From positions 65,695 to 129,694 of the forward strand of contig JAIXYK010000061.1 in NCBI GenBank assembly GCA_027490225.1: a stretch of 64,000 nt of DNA, given 5' to 3'. This document shows, piece after piece, positions 39,430 through 50,482 of the stretch. Origin of the DNA: Bacteroidota bacterium (GTDB taxonomy: Bacteria; Bacteroidota; Bacteroidia; M30B66). Each line of letters begins with the position of its first letter. Position 1 is the stretch's first letter. The notes under the pieces are model-generated. The model saw only the letters and a program-made list of their open reading frames with translations. It was not told where the DNA came from and made no database searches. A program made the translations under genes and the position numbers.

Positions 39430-40316
39430 CCTTTAAATAAAGGCGCAACAACTAATTCCTTTGTTCCTGCTGAGTAATCGTAAAATCCAATTTTAGATTT
39501 TATTCCCAAATGCCCGGCTGTTACCATGTTTACCAATAAAGGACTTGGAGCATATTTTGGATTTCCAAAGCCGTCCTGTAAAACCTTTAAAATTGATAAA
39601 CATACATCTAGGCCAATAAAATCGGCCAATTGCAAAGGCCCCATTGGATGAGCCATTCCTAATTTCATTATTGTATCAATTTCTGCTACACCAGCCACGC
39701 CTTCGTGCAATGTTATGATGGCTTCATTGATCATCGGCATTAAAATTTTATTGGCTACAAAACCAGGGTAATCATTAGCAACAACAGGTATTTTGTTTAA
39801 TTGTGTAGTTGCTGCAACTATTGCATCTGTAACATCTTTTGATGTTGAATATCCGTTTATTATTTCAACCAATTTCATTAAAGGAACAGGATTCATAAAA
39901 TGCATTCCAATTACTTTTGAAGGTCGTTTTGTAGCTGCAGCTATTTTTGTAATAGAAATAGAAGAAGTATTACTTGCCAAAATGCAAGAAGGCTTGCAAA
40001 CGGTATCTAACTGTTGAAAAACAGATTTTTTGATCTCGAAATTTTCTGATGCAGCTTCTACTACCAAATCAATGTCAGCCAAGCGGCTATCAATGGCTGT
40101 TATTCCCATAATGTTAGCAAGAGTGCTTACTTTTTCTTCTTCAGAAATTATTCCTTTAGCAACTTGTCTGTCCAGATTTTTTGAGATTGTAGCAATTCCT
40201 CTATCAAGCGCTTCTTGACTAATATCTACTAATATCACTTTATTTCCAAATTGAGCGAAAGTATGGGCAATTCCATTTCCCATTGTTCCAGAACCAATAA
40301 CTGCTATGTTTTTCAT
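39426..40316 (-). CDS. 3-hydroxybutyryl-CoA / 3-hydroxyacyl-CoA dehydrogenase
   Basis: Rossmann motif 'IAVIGSGTMGNGIAH', 'ILASNTSS', and a C-terminal 3HCDH domain ('GFVANKILMPMINEA'). Confidence 0.9.
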   Translation of the reverse strand: MKNIAVIGSGTMGNGIAHTFAQFGNKVILVDISQEALDRGIATISKNLDRQVAKGIISEEEKVSTLANIMGITAIDSRLADIDLVVEAASENFEIKKSVFQQLDTVCKPSCILASNTSSISITKIAAATKRPSKVIGMHFMNPVPLMKLVEIINGYSTSKDVTDAIVAATTQLNKIPVVANDYPGFVANKILMPMINEAIITLHEGVAGVAEIDTIMKLGMAHPMGPLQLADFIGLDVCLSILKVLQDGFGNPKYAPSPLLVNMVTAGHLGIKSKIGFYDYSAGTKELVVAPLFKG

Positions 40317-40334
40317 TGATGAATAATTTATATT

Positions 40335-42176
40335 TTAAATGTTTGTGTTTTTACTGAATTTAGTTGCTAATTCTTCTAATGTAATAATATTGACTATTAC
40401 TTTGCCTGATGGAGTGTAATTTGTTGTTTCACAGGCAAATAGTTGGTCAATTAGTAAAGACATTTGTTCCGTTGAAGGATGTTTATTGTAATTTTTAGCA
40501 GCATTAAAAGCCAAACTTTTAGCTAGTTTTTCGAGTCGGCTCAAGCTTAAATCTTGTTGGGTAGTTTTGAATTGTTCTAACAGCTGATCGATAAGCGATT
40601 TTGGGTCAAGCTTATCTGTCTCTGCTGGAATGCCATTTATAACAATGGTGTGTTTTCCAAAAGGCTCAAAGTTAAATCCTAGCATATGCAATTCTTCTTG
40701 TAAAGCGATGATGAGTTCATAATCTGAACCTGAAAATTCTTTAACAACTGGAAAAAGCAATTGTTGTGATGCATTATTATGATTGAAATTTTTGGTGAAT
40801 CTCTCGAATAGAATTCTTTCCAAAGCTCCAGCATGGTCAATTAGCAGCATTCCACTTTTTATTTGGGAGCAAATGTATTTTCCATGAAGCGACCAAGGAT
40901 GAGATTTTTCGTTACTTACATTTGAGCCAATTGAAGTTTCAGGGAATATCTGTGGAGAATTGTTTAATTGAGATGCAACATTCTCAGGAGCTCCTACCAA
41001 GTCGTTCCATTTGGCTTGACTTAAAGCTCTAATGGCGTCAGGTCTTTGATGTTGTGTAGGTTGAGGATTAGAAAATGGATTGTATTGCGGATTTACCATT
41101 ATTCCGGGAGCTTCCAAATTGCGGTTGCTAATATTTGGAAGAATATTAAATGCTTGTTCAGTTTCAAAATCCAAACTCGGTGAAAGAGAGAAGGTGCCAA
41201 TTGCACGTTTAATTGCTGACCTTAAAATAGCATAAACAGAGCGTTCATCTTCAAATTTTACCTCAGTTTTAGTTGGGTGAATGTTGATGTCGATGGTTTT
41301 AGGGTCTACTTCAAACCAAATAAAATAAGAAGGATAAGTATCAGACTGAATGATTTCTTCAAAAGCAGCTTGTACAGCATGGTGCAAATAAGAATTCTTA
41401 ATAAATCTGTTGTTGATGAAGAAAAATTGTTCACCACGTGTTTTTCTTGCAAATTGAGGTTTTCCAATAAATCCGTTGATGGTACAAACTGTGGTTTCCT
41501 CTTTTACGTTTACCAATCTTTCGTTCATGTTGGCACCAAAAATTCCCATGATGCGTTGCTTATGGTTTGAAGCATTTAATCGGTAAACTTCATTTTCTTG
41601 GCTAACCAGTGAAAACGATAATTCTGGAAAAGCCAATGCCACTCTTTGAAATTCATCAAAAATATGTTTGGTTTCAACAGGATTAGATTTTAGGAAATTT
41701 CTGCGCGCAGGTACATTGAAAAACAGGTTTTTTATAGAGATAGAAGTCCCTACAGAACAAGCTATTGGTTCTTGTCGTTTAATTTCAGAACCTTCAATAA
41801 TGATTTGAGTTCCAACTTCATCATTTGCTTTTCGGGTGCGCATTTCAACTTGTGCAACAGCTGCTATTGAAGCCATTGCTTCCCCGCGAAAGCCCATCGT
41901 TCTGATTGCCCATAAATCGTCGGCCTGTTTAATTTTTGATGTTGCATGGCGGGCAAAGCACATGCGGGCATCAAATTCATTCATACCAGAACCGTTATCA
42001 ATAACTTGAATGAGCGTCCTTCCACCATCTTTTATAATCAATTGAATATGCGTTGCTCCTGCATCTACAGCATTCTCCAACAATTCTTTTACAGCACTTG
42101 CAGGTCGCTGAATTACCTCTCCAGCAGCAATTTGATTGGCTACGTGTTCAGGAAGTAATTGAATGATGCTGCTCAT
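40335..42176 (-). CDS. mutL: DNA mismatch repair protein MutL
   Basis: '[30 protein letters not shown]' and 'DNGSGM' are GHKL ATPase motifs. Confidence 0.95.
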   Translation of the reverse strand: MSSIIQLLPEHVANQIAAGEVIQRPASAVKELLENAVDAGATHIQLIIKDGGRTLIQVIDNGSGMNEFDARMCFARHATSKIKQADDLWAIRTMGFRGEAMASIAAVAQVEMRTRKANDEVGTQIIIEGSEIKRQEPIACSVGTSISIKNLFFNVPARRNFLKSNPVETKHIFDEFQRVALAFPELSFSLVSQENEVYRLNASNHKQRIMGIFGANMNERLVNVKEETTVCTINGFIGKPQFARKTRGEQFFFINNRFIKNSYLHHAVQAAFEEIIQSDTYPSYFIWFEVDPKTIDINIHPTKTEVKFEDERSVYAILRSAIKRAIGTFSLSPSLDFETEQAFNILPNISNRNLEAPGIMVNPQYNPFSNPQPTQHQRPDAIRALSQAKWNDLVGAPENVASQLNNSPQIFPETSIGSNVSNEKSHPWSLHGKYICSQIKSGMLLIDHAGALERILFERFTKNFNHNNASQQLLFPVVKEFSGSDYELIIALQEELHMLGFNFEPFGKHTIVINGIPAETDKLDPKSLIDQLLEQFKTTQQDLSLSRLEKLAKSLAFNAAKNYNKHPSTEQMSLLIDQLFACETTNYTPSGKVIVNIITLEELATKFSKNTNI

Positions 42177-42275
42177 TTATTTTTGAAAAATCGGGCTGCA
42201 AATGTAAGGTATAATCTCCTTTATTTTCACCTATTGCATACAATTGATAATACTTATATTTACCTCCGAAAATCA

Positions 42276-45200
42276 ATGCATTCGATGATGGATACTTCAA
42301 CATATCAACCTAAAAATAAAATTAGAATTGTAACAGCAGCTTCTTTGTTCGACGGACACGACGCAGCTATAAATATTATGCGGAGAATTATTCAAAGCAG
42401 TGGTGCTGAAGTAATTCATTTAGGACATGATAGAAGTGTAGAAGAGGTTGTAAACTGTGCAATTCAAGAAGATGCGCAAGCCATTGCCATGACATCTTAC
42501 CAAGGTGGACATGTGGAATATTTTAAATACATGCACGATTTACTGAAGGAAAAAGGAGCTGGAAATATCAAGATTTTTGGTGGAGGCGGAGGCACCATTT
42601 TACCTTCAGAGATTGAAGAATTGCAAGCTTATGGAATTACCAGGTTGTATCATCCTGATGATGGAAGGTCGATGGGTTTGCAGGGAATGATCAATGATTT
42701 ATTGCAGAAAAGTGACTTCCTAACGGTTGAACGTTTAAATGGAGAAGTAAGTCATTTGGGTGAAAAAGATTGGATAAGTATCGCCAAATTGATTTCTGCT
42801 GCAGAAAATAATCCAGATATCGCAGGACCAGAAATAGATAAAGTACATCAGTTATCCAAAGAAAGTAAAACACCCGTTTTAGGTATTACAGGTACAGGTG
42901 GTTCTGGAAAATCTTCTTTGGTAGACGAATTAGTGCGCAGATTTTTGGTTGATTTTCCTGATAAATACATAGGAGTAATTTCAGTAGATCCTTCTAAACG
43001 CAAAACTGGTGGAGCACTGTTAGGAGATAGAATCAGGATGAATGCCATTAACAATCCGCGTGTTTACATGCGAAGTTTGGCAACACGTCAAAGTAATCTG
43101 GCTTTGAGCAAGCACGTAAAAGAAGCCGTTGCCATTTTAAAAGCTGCACATTTCGATTTAATCATTTTAGAAACTTCAGGTATTGGTCAAAGTGATACAG
43201 AAATTTTAGACCATAGCGATGCCAGTTTATATGTGATGACACCTGAATATGGTGCTGCAACACAATTGGAAAAGATTGACATGTTGGACTTTGCCGACAT
43301 TATTGCGCTAAATAAATTCGATAAGCGTGGAGCATTAGACGCCTTACGTGATGTGAAAAAGCAGTACCAGCGCAATCATAATTTATGGGATACCAATCCC
43401 GATGAAATGCCAGTTTTTGGAACCATTGCTTCTCAGTTTAATGACCCAGGAATGAACAATCTTTACAAGGCAATAATGGATGTTGTTGTAAAGAAGACCA
43501 ATGCGCCTTTGAACTCCAATTACAAAGTAACTTTGGAGATGAGTGAAAAAATTTATGTAATTCCACCAAATAGAACAAGGTATTTAAGTGAGATAACTGA
43601 AAACAACAGACAATACAATAGTTGGGTTGAAAAGCAAGCTGAACTTGTGGAAAAGCTTTATGCAATTGATAGTACAATAAAGCAATTTCAAGCGAGAGGA
43701 AACGAAGATTTAGTGAAGGTTCTGTATGCAGAATCAGATAGGCTAAAGCTGGATATCGATCCAAAAAACATCAAGTTAATTGAAGAATGGGAAAACAAAA
43801 GAGCACAGTATAAAAATGAATTTTTTGTTTTTAAAGTGCGTGATAAAGAGTTGAAGATTGCTACGCATAGCATTAGTTTATCACAAAGCAGAATTCCAAA
43901 AATTGTAACGCCGGCATTCAAAAACTGGGGAGCAATTTTACGTTGGAGTTTAACAGAGAATGTTCCGGGAGAATTTCCTTATGCTGCGGGAATTTATCCT
44001 TTTAAAAGAGAAGGAGAAGACCCAACAAGAATGTTTGCTGGCGAAGGAGGACCAGAAAGAACCAACAGAAGGTTCCATTATGTGAGCAAAGGAATGCCAG
44101 CAGCACGTCTTTCTACGGCTTTTGATTCTGTAACTTTATATGGGAATGATCCTGATTTAAGACCAGATATTTATGGGAAAATTGGAAATTCTGGAGTAAG
44201 TATTTGTTGTTTAGACGATGCTAAAAAGTTGTATTCTGGATTTAATCTCTGCAAGCCTTCAACATCAGTATCAATGACTATTAATGGTCCTGCGCCAATG
44301 TTGTTGGGCTTTTTTATGAATGCTGCAATAGACCAGCAATGCGAAATTTACATTCATGCAAATAACCTTACCAAAGAAGTTGAGGAAAAGATAGCAGCTA
44401 TTTACAAAGCTAAGAATGTGGTTCGTCCAAGTTATCAAGGAGAATTACCAGAAGGGAACGATGGTTTAGGTTTATTTTTATTGGGAGTAACCGGCGATCA
44501 GGTTTTACCCGCTGATGTTTATCAAAAAATAAAAACAGATACTCTAAATGTAGTGAGAGGAACTGTTCAGGCAGATATATTGAAAGAAGACCAGGCGCAA
44601 AACACTTGCATTTTCAGTACAGAGTTCGCTTTGCGTATGATGGGCGATATTCAGCAGTATTTTATTGACCAAAAAATCCGCAACTTCTACAGCGTTAGTA
44701 TTTCTGGCTATCATATAGCCGAAGCTGGCGCCAATCCTGTAACACAGCTGGCATTTACGCTTGCCAACGGTTTTACATTTGTAGAATACTATTTGAGCAG
44801 GGGCATGCACATAGATGATTTTGCTCCTAATTTATCTTTCTTCTTTAGTAACGGAATTGACCCAGAATATGCAGTAATTGGTAGAGTTGCCCGCCGAATT
44901 TGGGCAAAAGCAATGAAATTGAAATATGGTGGAAATGAACGCAGTCAAATGTTGAAATACCATATTCAGACTTCAGGCAGGTCGCTGCATGCGCAGGAAA
45001 TTGATTTTAACGACATTAGAACAACTTTGCAAGCATTGTATGCTATATACGATAACTGCAATAGTTTGCATACCAACGCTTATGATGAAGCGATTACAAC
45101 TCCTACAGAAGAATCTGTAAGAAGGGCAATGGCCATTCAGTTAATTATCAACAAGGAGCTGGGCTTGGCTAAGAATGAAAATCCTTTGCAAGGTTCATTT

Positions 45201-45656
45201 ATTATAGAAGAATTAACAGATTTGGTAGAAGAAGCAGTATATACAGAATTTGATAGGATTACAGAACGTGGCGGTGTTTTAGGAGCAATGGAAACCATGT
45301 ACCAAAGAAGCAAGATTCAGGAAGAATCTATGTTTTATGAGATGCAAAAACATACCGGTGAATTTCCAATAATTGGGGTAAATACTTTCTTAAGTTCTAA
45401 AGGTTCACCAACGGTTTTGCCAAAAGAAGTAATACGCGCTACTGAAGAAGAAAAGCAGTATCAAATTGAAATGCTTGCTGCGCTTCAAAATGGAAATGTT
45501 GAAAAAAGTAAAGTACTGCTTGAAAATTTGCAAAAGGCGGCAATTAGTAACCAGAATATTTTTACTCAGTTAATGGAAGTAACTAAATATTGTTCTTTGG
45601 GTGAAATTACGAATGGATTATTTGAAGTAGGAGGACAGTATAGAAGAAACATGTAA
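42276..45656 (+). CDS. icmF: Fused isobutyryl-CoA mutase (B12-binding domain + MeaB-like GTPase + mutase catalytic domain)
   Basis: '[12 protein letters not shown]' (DxHxxG B12 motif), '[14 protein letters not shown]' (G1), 'NKFD' (G4), then a ~560-aa methylmalonyl-CoA-mutase-like domain. The ATG at 42276 is preferred, because the track start at 42159 overlaps mutL. Confidence 0.9.
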   Translation: MHSMMDTSTYQPKNKIRIVTAASLFDGHDAAINIMRRIIQSSGAEVIHLGHDRSVEEVVNCAIQEDAQAIAMTSYQGGHVEYFKYMHDLLKEKGAGNIKIFGGGGGTILPSEIEELQAYGITRLYHPDDGRSMGLQGMINDLLQKSDFLTVERLNGEVSHLGEKDWISIAKLISAAENNPDIAGPEIDKVHQLSKESKTPVLGITGTGGSGKSSLVDELVRRFLVDFPDKYIGVISVDPSKRKTGGALLGDRIRMNAINNPRVYMRSLATRQSNLALSKHVKEAVAILKAAHFDLIILETSGIGQSDTEILDHSDASLYVMTPEYGAATQLEKIDMLDFADIIALNKFDKRGALDALRDVKKQYQRNHNLWDTNPDEMPVFGTIASQFNDPGMNNLYKAIMDVVVKKTNAPLNSNYKVTLEMSEKIYVIPPNRTRYLSEITENNRQYNSWVEKQAELVEKLYAIDSTIKQFQARGNEDLVKVLYAESDRLKLDIDPKNIKLIEEWENKRAQYKNEFFVFKVRDKELKIATHSISLSQSRIPKIVTPAFKNWGAILRWSLTENVPGEFPYAAGIYPFKREGEDPTRMFAGEGGPERTNRRFHYVSKGMPAARLSTAFDSVTLYGNDPDLRPDIYGKIGNSGVSICCLDDAKKLYSGFNLCKPSTSVSMTINGPAPMLLGFFMNAAIDQQCEIYIHANNLTKEVEEKIAAIYKAKNVVRPSYQGELPEGNDGLGLFLLGVTGDQVLPADVYQKIKTDTLNVVRGTVQADILKEDQAQNTCIFSTEFALRMMGDIQQYFIDQKIRNFYSVSISGYHIAEAGANPVTQLAFTLANGFTFVEYYLSRGMHIDDFAPNLSFFFSNGIDPEYAVIGRVARRIWAKAMKLKYGGNERSQMLKYHIQTSGRSLHAQEIDFNDIRTTLQALYAIYDNCNSLHTNAYDEAITTPTEESVRRAMAIQLIINKELGLAKNENPLQGSFIIEELTDLVEEAVYTEFDRITERGGVLGAMETMYQRSKIQEESMFYEMQKHTGEFPIIGVNTFLSSKGSPTVLPKEVIRATEEEKQYQIEMLAALQNGNVEKSKVLLENLQKAAISNQNIFTQLMEVTKYCSLGEITNGLFEVGGQYRRNM

Positions 45657-45884
45657 CCTATTAGTTTTAAATGGAAGCTGCTAAAAAGCTTTGCATTTTC
45701 GGCGCCAGCGCAAGGATTTACGGAAGCTGTAGCATTGGTCATTCGGTTTATTTTGTAAGCAATGCTACATTAAAGAAAAGGTGATTATTTTGGAAGTCCT
45801 GCGGTAAATATACCCGATGATTCTTAATTAAAAGTCGTACATTTATAGAAAATATAGTAAGAATTAAATTCTTGATATTATTCT

Positions 45885-47177
45885 ATGAATAAAAATATAG
45901 ATTTAGAGAAAAAGACAATAGAAAGTGAAAACGGATTTTCTTTGGAAGGAGTTTTAATTATCAATCATAAATTTGAGATTATACATATTGAAGAGCAATT
46001 GAAATATGTTTTGGGTTTTGATAAAAATGAAATTAAATTCAATTTTTTTACAAACTCATCTTCAGAATTTAGATTGAAATTAGCTGCTTGTTTTCTAAAC
46101 AAAATACCTTGCAGTTTTCGGCAATATATTATAGAAAGAGAGAAATGGTTTAAATGCTACGTTTTTCCATTTGAAAATAACTTTATCATTCATTTTAATG
46201 AGTTATCATATCTGTTAGATTTAGAACATAAATTTTCAGCATTGTTAGAAAGTACCACCGATTTTAATGTGCTTGTTGGCTTAGATTATCGCATTGTTTC
46301 TTTCAATAAAAGTTCTGAATTATTTGCCAAGGATGTTTTGCAAAAGGATATAAAAATTGGAGATTCAATAATAGAATATATTCCAATTACTGACCATGAA
46401 GATTTTAGAAAGGATTTTGAAAATGCCATCATAGGAAACTTCTTTACCTATGATAAGAAAGCAGTTTATAACGAAAAAGTAAGTTGGTTTAGGGTAACAT
46501 TTATGCCTTATTATTTTCAGAATTCAAATCAAATTAAAGGTATTTCATTCAATTCAGTTGACATCACCAATATTATAAATACAAAAGATATTATTGAAGA
46601 GAAAGAAAGCATAATTAATGAATTATTTAGTAAAACAGAGGAGTCTTACCTTTTCATATCAACTGATTTACAGGTTTTGTATAAGAATGATGCAGTAGAT
46701 TTAATATATCCTACATTTTTTGGAGGGCTTCCTAAAATTGGAGGGAATGCCCTGTTGTTTATAAAAAATGAGAAACAAAATGAATTTAAAGAATTTTTTA
46801 CACGCGTATTAAATGGCGATTCAATACAGTTTCATAGAAATGAAGAAGGTATTTTTTGGAGGATTTTACTTTTCCCTGTTTTTAATAATTTAGGAATATT
46901 AATCGGTATTGCAATCAGAATTCAAGACATCACCACACAAAAATTAAATGAAAAAAAAATAAAAGAACAGGATAAAAAATTAGATAAAATTGTTTGGCAT
47001 CATTCGCATGTGGTAAGAAAACCGTTGGCCAATATTTTGGGTATTTATGATGTATTAAAAAATGATGAAATAAAAGATGATAAAGTAAAAGAAAATTATC
47101 TTATACATTTATACGCAGCTGCCAAAGAGCTCGATACAATCATAAACGATGTTGTAGAAAGTATCAGAGGAAATTAA
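45885..47177 (+). CDS. PAS-domain sensor protein with HisKA-like (DHp) C-terminus but no ATPase domain
   Basis: 430 aa with PAS-like repeats. The C-terminal H-box is 'WHHSHVVRKPLANILG', followed by about 55 aa. No N/G1/G2 boxes are present. Confidence 0.6.
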   Translation: MNKNIDLEKKTIESENGFSLEGVLIINHKFEIIHIEEQLKYVLGFDKNEIKFNFFTNSSSEFRLKLAACFLNKIPCSFRQYIIEREKWFKCYVFPFENNFIIHFNELSYLLDLEHKFSALLESTTDFNVLVGLDYRIVSFNKSSELFAKDVLQKDIKIGDSIIEYIPITDHEDFRKDFENAIIGNFFTYDKKAVYNEKVSWFRVTFMPYYFQNSNQIKGISFNSVDITNIINTKDIIEEKESIINELFSKTEESYLFISTDLQVLYKNDAVDLIYPTFFGGLPKIGGNALLFIKNEKQNEFKEFFTRVLNGDSIQFHRNEEGIFWRILLFPVFNNLGILIGIAIRIQDITTQKLNEKKIKEQDKKLDKIVWHHSHVVRKPLANILGIYDVLKNDEIKDDKVKENYLIHLYAAAKELDTIINDVVESIRGN

Positions 47178-47193
47178 AATAAGTCCATTTAAT

Positions 47194-48363
47194 TTATATG
47201 TTATTATTTTCCAGAACCGCTACAAATAAAGAATCGGCTCTTTTTTCAATTCCATTTATTAAAACCTGATGTTTAAGAGATAGATTGTGTTGCTTCATTA
47301 ATTGTTGCACAACTAGTTCATTTTCAATTTCAAAAACAGAGCAAGTAATATAAATAAATATTCCTCCTTTTTTGAGAAAAGGAAGTGCAGACGAAGCTAT
47401 GATTAATTGAGAATTAGAAAATGCCTTAAGTTTTTTAGTTTCAAAGAAAAAGAAATTCTCAGGCGTTCTTGCCCATGTGCCTGAACCGCTACATGGCGCA
47501 TCACAAACTATATAATCGAAAGTTCTGTTTTCGAGTTCTGAAGTGTCTGCAGGAGATTTATCTAAAGAAAGTTCAAAATATTGTGGACGATCAAATTGGT
47601 AAACCTGAAATCGTTCTAATAAATTTTCGAGTACAGAAGCTCTTTTGTCTGAAACTGTTAATTTAATTTTAGGATTCAATTCCTTTATTAAAAGTGACTT
47701 CCCGCCAGCACCAGCGCAGCAATCCCAAACCGTAGCATTTGGAGAAAAATCAAAATATTCACTCGTACTTTGAGAAGAAATATCTTGAATATTGTATTCG
47801 CTTTCCCAAAGTATTTCGCCTAGTTTGGTAGATGGAGCAAGTGAAACACATTTTTCATTTACTACATTATATACTATTCCTTTCGCTTTTAGTTTATTTA
47901 AAATCTGGGGTTTATTATTTCCCATCAATCTTATGAATACCAAAGGTTGGGTATACATAGAAAAAAGCCATTGTTCTTTGGTAATTCCTTTAGAGAAAGT
48001 TAAATCCGCATCGAAAAGTATATTGGTATTAAAATCAATGTTATTATCTCTTAATACTTTCAATTTTTCTTCGAACGATAATTCCTCTTTTTCAAAATAA
48101 TGCGGTATAAACTTTTGCGCCCAAGCTTGGTATTTTCCGCATAAACCATAGGATATGCGAATTATTTCTTCTTTTTCAATTGCAGCAGCATTAAACGATT
48201 TTGCACAACGGTAGTATGAATATACAATGTCAGAAATTATCTTTCTATCGCGACTTCCTAATTTGCTGTGAAGTTTGAAAAAAGCTTTTAAATAATTAGC
48301 AAGTGGTTCATTACCTTGGTAGTTGTCAATAACATGATAACTGTGTTGAAGAATTGGATTCAA
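47194..48363 (-). CDS. RNA (cytosine-C5) methyltransferase, RsmB/NOL1/NOP2/Sun family
   Basis: 'DCCAGAGGKS', 'DAPCSGSGTWARTPE' and 'YITCS'. Confidence 0.8.
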   Translation of the reverse strand: MNPILQHSYHVIDNYQGNEPLANYLKAFFKLHSKLGSRDRKIISDIVYSYYRCAKSFNAAAIEKEEIIRISYGLCGKYQAWAQKFIPHYFEKEELSFEEKLKVLRDNNIDFNTNILFDADLTFSKGITKEQWLFSMYTQPLVFIRLMGNNKPQILNKLKAKGIVYNVVNEKCVSLAPSTKLGEILWESEYNIQDISSQSTSEYFDFSPNATVWDCCAGAGGKSLLIKELNPKIKLTVSDKRASVLENLLERFQVYQFDRPQYFELSLDKSPADTSELENRTFDYIVCDAPCSGSGTWARTPENFFFFETKKLKAFSNSQLIIASSALPFLKKGGIFIYITCSVFEIENELVVQQLMKQHNLSLKHQVLINGIEKRADSLFVAVLENNNI

Positions 48364-48395
48364 TGGAAAGATTTACTTATGAGCTGCAAAGCTAC

Positions 48396-49106
48396 TTATA
48401 AATAGAAGTCTTTTACCAATTCCTGAAACTCTGTTGTATATTCTCCTCTGTTATTCGTTTCAATCGTTATCTCTTTTGTATGTAAAGTAGTTTCAGATTT
48501 TTGAAGAAATAAAATTGCCCGTTTATTCGACTTGTTTATGTTGGGTTTAACTTGGATAATTTCACCCACAGTCCAACCAATTTCTCTGGCTTTCTTGCTC
48601 CAGTTTTCTAATTCCGCGAAAGGTAGAATAAATGCAGCTTTTCCTTTCTCATTCGTTATTTGAAAAGCCGTTTCAAACCAATTTTGGAAGGAATTAGATG
48701 CGTTACCATGTCTTGCATTGTTTCTGTTTTCGGTTAAAGATTCCAGCTGATTTTCGAAATACGGAGGATTGCAAATAGCCAAATCGAATTGATTTTCGAA
48801 TATTTTGCGGCAGGCATGCACATCGGCCCACATGCTTTCCAGCAAATGCGGCCAGGGCGATTTCATAAAATTGTAAGCGCATTGTAAAGCAGCATCTTTG
48901 TCTTGTTCAATGGCATGCACCCTAATTTTTTCACGTTGCGCCAGCATTAACGAAAGTAAACCAGTTCCAGCACCAAGGTCGACAGCAGTTCTTATATTTT
49001 CAAGCGGAACAATTGCACCAAGCAATACACTGTCGGTATTTACCTTCATGGCGCATTGGTCTTGTTCAACCCTAAATTGTTTGAATTGAAACCAAGAATT
49101 CGGCAT
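48396..49106 (-). CDS. tRNA (adenine-N6)-methyltransferase, YfiC/TrmN6-like
   Basis: 'FKQFRVEQDQCAMKVNTDSVLLGA', 'DLGAGTGLLSLMLAQ' and 'ICNPPYF' (NPPY). Confidence 0.8.
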   Translation of the reverse strand: MPNSWFQFKQFRVEQDQCAMKVNTDSVLLGAIVPLENIRTAVDLGAGTGLLSLMLAQREKIRVHAIEQDKDAALQCAYNFMKSPWPHLLESMWADVHACRKIFENQFDLAICNPPYFENQLESLTENRNNARHGNASNSFQNWFETAFQITNEKGKAAFILPFAELENWSKKAREIGWTVGEIIQVKPNINKSNKRAILFLQKSETTLHTKEITIETNNRGEYTTEFQELVKDFYL

Positions 49107-49107
49107 G

Positions 49108-49677
49108 CTATTCTTCTTCTAAGTTTTCTTCAGGTGTTTCTTTCGAAGGTTTGATATTCACTTCCACCAATCCTTCGGGCAATTGCATATAAATAATGCT
49201 TTTTTCCCTGTCTATTTTTTCAATGAAATGGTCGTTAATGGGAATCAAGATTTCATTACCATTTTCAATAACTTGAAATAAGTCTCCTGCTCCATTTTCC
49301 AGGACATCTGTAATTTTTCCAATAGAAAGATTGCTGGCTAAATCGAACACTTCGAAATCTATAATTTCGTGGTAATAAAACTTCTTACCTGTTAGTTTCG
49401 GCAGCTGTTCCAGCGGAAGATAAACATCGCAACCAATAAACATTTCGGCTTCCTCATTATTGCCAATATCTTGCAATGAAATGTGCGCCGTACTTGAAGG
49501 TTGCAATCGAAATGATTGAATAAAAAACGGAACCAATCTTTTGTTTATTTCAACAAAAATTGATTCCGTTTTTATGTATGCTTGAGGATTATCGGTATCT
49601 AATTGCAGCAATAATCTGCCATCAGTTCCTACTTTCCTAATAAAAGTTCCTAATTGAAAACACGATTCGTGTAACAT
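49108..49677 (-). CDS. rimM: 16S rRNA processing protein RimM
   Basis: Its size, the N-terminal beta-barrel plus PRC-barrel pattern, and the conserved rpsP-rimM order. Confidence 0.8.
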   Translation of the reverse strand: MLHESCFQLGTFIRKVGTDGRLLLQLDTDNPQAYIKTESIFVEINKRLVPFFIQSFRLQPSSTAHISLQDIGNNEEAEMFIGCDVYLPLEQLPKLTGKKFYYHEIIDFEVFDLASNLSIGKITDVLENGAGDLFQVIENGNEILIPINDHFIEKIDREKSIIYMQLPEGLVEVNIKPSKETPEENLEEE

Positions 49678-49695
49678 CGTGCAGCAGGATATGGA

Positions 49696-50373
49696 TTAAG
49701 CTTCAGGAGTTTCTTCAGCAGCTGGAGCTTCTGGAGCAGCTTCTTCAGCCACAGCTGGAGCAACTTCTTCAGCCACAACTGGAGCAACTTCTTCAGCCAC
49801 AACTGGAGCAGCTTCTTCAGCCACAACTGGAGCAGCTTCTTCAGCCACAACTGGAGCAACTTCTTCCGCTTCCACTGGAGCAACTTCTTCAGTAGCTTCT
49901 ACAGCAGCCGCAACAGGTGAGTTTTTAGCAGCAATAGCGGCAGCACGTGCAGCATTTTTAGCCATTTCGTCCTGAATACGTTTTTTGTGTAGGTCAATTT
50001 TGCCATCTTTAAGGTTTGAAATTTTACCTAAGATTTTTGCATCTTTTTCTTCTAACCATTTCGCTAACTTCACATCAGCTTGTTCTGCAGTTAAAGCTCC
50101 TTTAACCACACCCTTATCAAGGTGCAATTTGTAGAGAATACCTTTGTAGCTAAGAATAGCACGAGTGGTATCTGTTGGTTGTGCACCGTTTTTTAACCAA
50201 GTCAACGCTTTGTCTTGATTTAATTCGATACTTGCTGGATTTGTGTTAGGGTTGTACGTGCCTATCTTCTCAATGAATTTTCCATTTCGAGGTGCACGAC
50301 CATCGGCTATCACAATATGGTAAAAGGCAGCACCTTTCTTACCATGTCTTTGTAATCTGATTTTTACAGGCAT
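49696..50373 (-). CDS. rpsP: 30S ribosomal protein S16 with long Ala/Glu/Val/Pro-rich C-terminal extension
   Basis: '[42 protein letters not shown]' is the S16 core. It is followed by about 140 extra aa ending in octapeptide repeats. Confidence 0.95.
   Translation of the reverse strand: MPVKIRLQRHGKKGAAFYHIVIADGRAPRNGKFIEKIGTYNPNTNPASIELNQDKALTWLKNGAQPTDTTRAILSYKGILYKLHLDKGVVKGALTAEQADVKLAKWLEEKDAKILGKISNLKDGKIDLHKKRIQDEMAKNAARAAAIAAKNSPVAAAVEATEEVAPVEAEEVAPVVAEEAAPVVAEEAAPVVAEEVAPVVAEEVAPAVAEEAAPEAPAAEETPEA
49741..49884 (-). repeat. Six in-frame tandem copies of a 24-bp unit inside rpsP
   Basis: The plus-strand unit TTCTTCAGCCACAACTGGAGCA(A/G)C repeats at 49741, 49765, 49789, 49813, 49837 and 49861. 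Degenerate copies flank the array (about 49711-49908). It encodes (V/A)APVVAEE. Confidence 0.9.
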
Positions 50374-50396
50374 TTTTTATTTATTAAATTGGGCGG

Positions 50397-50404
50397 CAAA
50401 GATA
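50397..50404 (-). promoter_or_regulatory. Bacteroidota -7 promoter box (TAnnTTTG) upstream of rpsP
   Basis: The minus strand reads TATCTTTG, 23 nt upstream of the rpsP ATG. Confidence 0.45.
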
Positions 50405-50455
50405 GTAATTTCATTCAAAGAGCAATTAACAGAATGAAAATAAATTTGTTAAAAG

Positions 50456-50480
50456 AAAACAGCAGCTACAAAGCTGTTTT
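50456..50480 (-). terminator. Hairpin with flanking U-run, candidate terminator immediately 3' of repeat element A
   Basis: AAAACAGC/GCTGTTTT arms (50456-50463 / 50473-50480) with a 9-nt loop. On the minus strand it is followed by CTTTTAAC. The stem is AT-rich, so the call is weak. Confidence 0.3.
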
Positions 50481-50482
50481 TT

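Noticed and set aside
42159-42275. N-terminal extensions of track ORFs: icmF 42159, ndh up to 58061, FISUMP 58007, thrS 16450, GT 1313, DUF4294-like 38692
   Set aside because: Each extension overlaps the neighbouring gene or a promoter box. Each also precedes an internal ATG that yields the canonical family N-terminus or a proper signal peptide.
49650-49883. 77-aa ORF with a striking 'LKKLLQLW' repeat
   Set aside because: It is the 24-bp rpsP tandem array read in another frame of the same strand. The S16 frame is continuous with a canonical S16 N-terminus.
49741-49884. Regular 24-bp repeats as a possible CRISPR or other non-coding array
   Set aside because: The units are directly abutting with no spacers. 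They are in frame with rpsP, and no cas genes are present.
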